NCBI GenBank assembly: GCA_944393475.1
Contig: CALYAI010000002.1
Coordinates: 1-39,798, forward strand
Direction of reading: 5' to 3'
Source of the DNA: an uncultured Clostridia bacterium
GTDB lineage: Bacteria; Bacillota; Clostridia; TANB77; CAG-508
Length of the DNA: 39,798 nt
Part shown: piece after piece, positions 37,480 through 39,798 of the stretch
How the letters are laid out: each line of letters starts with the position of its first letter
How positions within the stretch are numbered: the first letter of the stretch is position 1
Translations under genes and position numbers: made by a program
Notes under the pieces: generated by a model
Told to the model about the DNA's origin: nothing
The model's input: only the letters and a program-made list of their open reading frames with translations
Database searches by the model: none

Positions 37480-38079
37480 CTACATTCCTAAAAAACTTAA
37501 TGCTTTTCTTATTATATCTTCTACTGTTAATGGTTTTATATCTATTTTAGATAATACATTTTCTATTTCCTGTCTTGAATATCCCAATACTTTAAGTGCT
37601 TGTACTGCTTCTTCTAATTTATTATCACTAATAATATTATCCATTACACCAATATCATTTGTTTGTACCGCTTCTTCTGTTTTTAGCTTATCTTTTAATT
37701 CTAATATTATTCTTTGGGCTGATTTAGTTCCAACTCCTGGAACCTTTGTTAATGTCTTTACGTCATTCGAAATTACTGCTAATGCAAATTTCGATGGTGT
37801 GATTGCAGATAACATATTTATTGCAGATTTTGCACCTATTCCACTTACACCAATTAGTAGTTCAAACATTCTTAGTTCTTCATTTGTTATAAAACCATAA
37901 AGACTTATTTCATCTTCTTTTACATTCATATATGTATATATTTTTACAACATTTCCTACTTCTTCCAATCTTTGTATTGCTGATTGTGACATGAAAATTT
38001 TAAAACCTATTCCATTCACATCTACAACAACATAATTTATTGATTTTGCTTCTAGTATTCCTTTTATATATGAAAACAT
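37480..38079 (-). CDS. ruvA: Holliday junction branch migration complex subunit RuvA
   Basis: MFSYIKGIL...VVVDVNGIGFKI..., the HhH motifs LIGVSGIGAKSA and LTKVPGVGTKSAQRIILEL, and a C-terminal domain III are present. The ATG at 38079 has AAAGGAGAAG upstream. The track's TTG at 38100 lies upstream of that RBS, so its N-terminal extension would read through it. Confidence 0.9.
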   Translation of the reverse strand: MFSYIKGILEAKSINYVVVDVNGIGFKIFMSQSAIQRLEEVGNVVKIYTYMNVKEDEISLYGFITNEELRMFELLIGVSGIGAKSAINMLSAITPSKFALAVISNDVKTLTKVPGVGTKSAQRIILELKDKLKTEEAVQTNDIGVMDNIISDNKLEEAVQALKVLGYSRQEIENVLSKIDIKPLTVEDIIRKALSFLGM

Positions 38080-38191
38080 AATCTTCTCCTTTGCAAACAA
38101 ATTTTCACTTTCGTATTATATCATAATTTTTCTTTTTTGCAATATGCAAACATTAATTTAAAATATTACATATTATATATTAGGTGATTAT

Positions 38192-39091
38192 ATGATTAAT
38201 TATTTATATTTAAGAGATTTTATCGATACTTCTAAGCAGAATTATGATTTTATTAAAATTTTTTCTATTGGGAAAACTGTTTTAGGAAATGAACTATATT
38301 GTTTTAAATTTGGAAATGGAAAAAAAGAAATTTTATACACTGCTGGAATTCATGCGAATGAATGGATAACTTCTCTTCTACTAATTAAATTTATACAAAA
38401 TTTATGTAATTCATATTCTTCTAAAGAAAAAATATATGGATACGACCCTGATTACTTATATAATAATTGTTCTTTATATATCATCCCAATGCTTAATCCT
38501 GATGGAATTAATTTAGTTGCTAATTTCTATAAAAAAAATTCTGAGGTATATATTTCTACTAATAACATCTCTAAAGCTTTTCCTCTTCTTAAATTTCCTA
38601 GTTCCTGGAAATCTAATATTAATGGTGTGGACTTAAATTCACAATTTCCTGCAAATTGGGATTTATGTAAAAAAATAAAATCTAATCTTGGTTTTAATAA
38701 ACCTGCTCCTAGAGATTTTGCAGGATCTTATCCACTTTCCGAACCAGAAGCAAAATCACTATACGAATTTAGCTTAATAAAGAATTTTTCATTATGTATA
38801 TGTTTTCATTCTCAAGGTGAAGTAATTTATTGGAAATATATAGATAATTTACCAGAAAATAGTTTAGAAATTGCGAAAGAATTTGCACATGTAAGTGGAT
38901 ATGAATTAGCTGATACACCATATAATTCATCTTTTGGTGGTTTTAGAGATTGGTTTATTCAAAATTTTAACAAACCTGCTTTTACTATTGAAGTAGGAAA
39001 AGGAGTAAATCCTCTTCCTCTAGATCAGTTTAATAAAATCTATCATGATAATTTAGGCATACTTGTTCTAGGTTGTTTAATAGGTACTTAA
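38192..39091 (+). CDS. M14-family zinc carboxypeptidase (gamma-D-glutamyl-meso-diaminopimelate peptidase-like)
   Basis: GIHANEWITS (HxxE zinc ligands), MLNPDG and CFHSQGEVIYW are present. An AGGTGA RBS precedes the start. Confidence 0.8.
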   Translation: MINYLYLRDFIDTSKQNYDFIKIFSIGKTVLGNELYCFKFGNGKKEILYTAGIHANEWITSLLLIKFIQNLCNSYSSKEKIYGYDPDYLYNNCSLYIIPMLNPDGINLVANFYKKNSEVYISTNNISKAFPLLKFPSSWKSNINGVDLNSQFPANWDLCKKIKSNLGFNKPAPRDFAGSYPLSEPEAKSLYEFSLIKNFSLCICFHSQGEVIYWKYIDNLPENSLEIAKEFAHVSGYELADTPYNSSFGGFRDWFIQNFNKPAFTIEVGKGVNPLPLDQFNKIYHDNLGILVLGCLIGT

Positions 39092-39516
39092 AATATGCCA
39101 ATAATGTCCATTGGTGCAATTGCTTTATTCTTTGCATTTTTAATGGCTGTTTTCACAATATCAGTTCTTAACATATCATCCATATCATTTAAAATTTCAT
39201 CATATGTATACCATTTAGCATCCAAGATCTCTTTTTTATCATATTTAATGTTTTCATTAATTAGTTCTGTACTAAAAATAATCATTGCGATAATATCATG
39301 CTTTAGAATCTTATTTCCAATATAGCATATTCCATTTAATTTCACATCACAGCCTGTTTCTTCCTTTATCTCTCTAATTGCTCCTTCTTCTAGACTTTCA
39401 TTGTTTTCTAAATGCCCTGCAGGGAAATTCCATTTTTTATACCACTTTCTTTCTGCTTCTTGAACTAATAAGTATTTTCCATCTTTTTCGATAATCCCAC
39501 CTATAGCTATTTTCAT
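39088..39516 (-). CDS. NUDIX hydrolase
   Basis: The Nudix box is GHLENNESLEEGAIREIKEETG. A GGAGGAGGA RBS lies upstream. The 3' end overlaps the convergent M14 gene by 4 nt. Confidence 0.88.
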   Translation of the reverse strand: MKIAIGGIIEKDGKYLLVQEAERKWYKKWNFPAGHLENNESLEEGAIREIKEETGCDVKLNGICYIGNKILKHDIIAMIIFSTELINENIKYDKKEILDAKWYTYDEILNDMDDMLRTDIVKTAIKNAKNKAIAPMDIIGIF

Positions 39517-39517
39517 A

Positions 39518-39798
39518 TTATTCCTCCTCCAATATTGCTTTTATTTCTTCGCGTTCTCTACACTCTTTTGGTATAAAGATAGCTGCTTTTTTATTCTGCT
39601 TTAAAGCTGCAATAATTATATCATTATCCCTTAATAACCTTTCACTAGCATATTTTACAATTATTCCTTTATTCTTCACTGCTTCTAGAACAACTTCTTT
39701 ATCATCTCTTAATTCTTTGCTCGCATAATATAGTACCTGTCCATCTATTTTACAACCTTCTAAAAGTACTTCTTTATCTGCTTTTAATTTTTCGGATG
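39518..39798 (-). CDS. DUF4116-repeat protein, C-terminal part (5' end outside the window)
   Basis: My hand translation gives ...SEKLKADKEVLLEGCKIDGQVLYYASKELRDDKEVVLEAVKNKGIIVKYASERLLRDNDIIIAALKQNKKAAIFIPKECREREEIKAILEEE*. It shows the repeating (D/N)KEVVLxAVKxxGxxLxYAS unit typical of DUF4116. The stop lies 1 nt before the NUDIX ATG. Confidence 0.6.
   Translation of the reverse strand, partial: SEKLKADKEVLLEGCKIDGQVLYYASKELRDDKEVVLEAVKNKGIIVKYASERLLRDNDIIIAALKQNKKAAIFIPKECREREEIKAILEEE

Noticed and set aside
37295-37900. A 201-aa plus-strand ORF spans the rarA/ruvA junction on the opposite strand.
   Set aside because: It is antisense to two well-supported genes and crosses their intergenic gap. 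The product is low-complexity and there are no start signals.
38136-38150. A perfect palindrome TTTGCA-ATA-TGCAAA lies between divergent ruvA and the M14 peptidase gene. It could be a possible operator or SOS box.
   Set aside because: It does not match the Firmicute LexA (Cheo) box GAAC-N4-GTTC. A 6-bp AT-rich inverted repeat is expected by chance in this composition.
1-39798. CRISPR arrays, IS elements or transposases, long direct or tandem repeats, and rRNA genes.
   Set aside because: Reading both strands turned up none. The only repeats are intragenic paralogous domains: the PolC OB pair, the SSB-like OB pair, the TSUP halves and the DUF4116 units.

Overview
This is a gene-dense, very AT-rich chromosomal window; GC is roughly 27-28% by eye, not computed. 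It looks like a low-GC Firmicute of Clostridia type, based on PolC, a T-box leader, a SpoVB-like flippase and a sigma-K-like promoter.

Most of the window is housekeeping:
- A long minus-strand array runs pyrH-frr-uppS-cdsA-rseP-(PH-like membrane protein)-polC-DUF1294-(712-aa unknown), followed by a T-box-controlled glyQS.
- Next come an acyl-CoA synthetase, lepB and a peptidoglycan/DAP group (dapD, murE, dapF).
- After a PHP phosphoesterase operon come a tRNA Val-Asp-Phe operon with a near-consensus promoter, hup and a spoVB-like gene.
- The rest holds an rluB-S1 operon, rluD-lspA with a large polytopic membrane protein, a tandem-OB SSB-like gene, split TauE/SafE halves, rarA, ruvA, an M14 peptidase, a NUDIX hydrolase and a partial DUF4116-repeat gene.

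No CRISPR array, IS element, integrase or rRNA was seen.

The candidates for something new are:
1. An orphan VirD4/TraG-type coupling-protein ATPase lies convergent with a replication-relaxation-like wHTH protein. That protein is translationally coupled to a housekeeping S1-domain gene.
2. A monocistronic 592-aa coiled-coil protein of unknown family sits next to the tRNA operon, facing a PHP + 183-aa unknown operon.
3. A 712-aa protein with an N-terminal gluzincin-like HEIFH...EGITE motif is appended to the polC operon.

Other points of note:
- PolC carries a tandemly duplicated OB domain.
- dxr and ispG are absent from their conserved positions.
- A Cys-rich CarboxypepD_reg-like protein has a sigma-K-like promoter.
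- Two strongly signalled small ORFs are missing from the ORF track.
- MurE has an atypical DQVR motif.

All family assignments come from reading motifs by eye. No searches were run.
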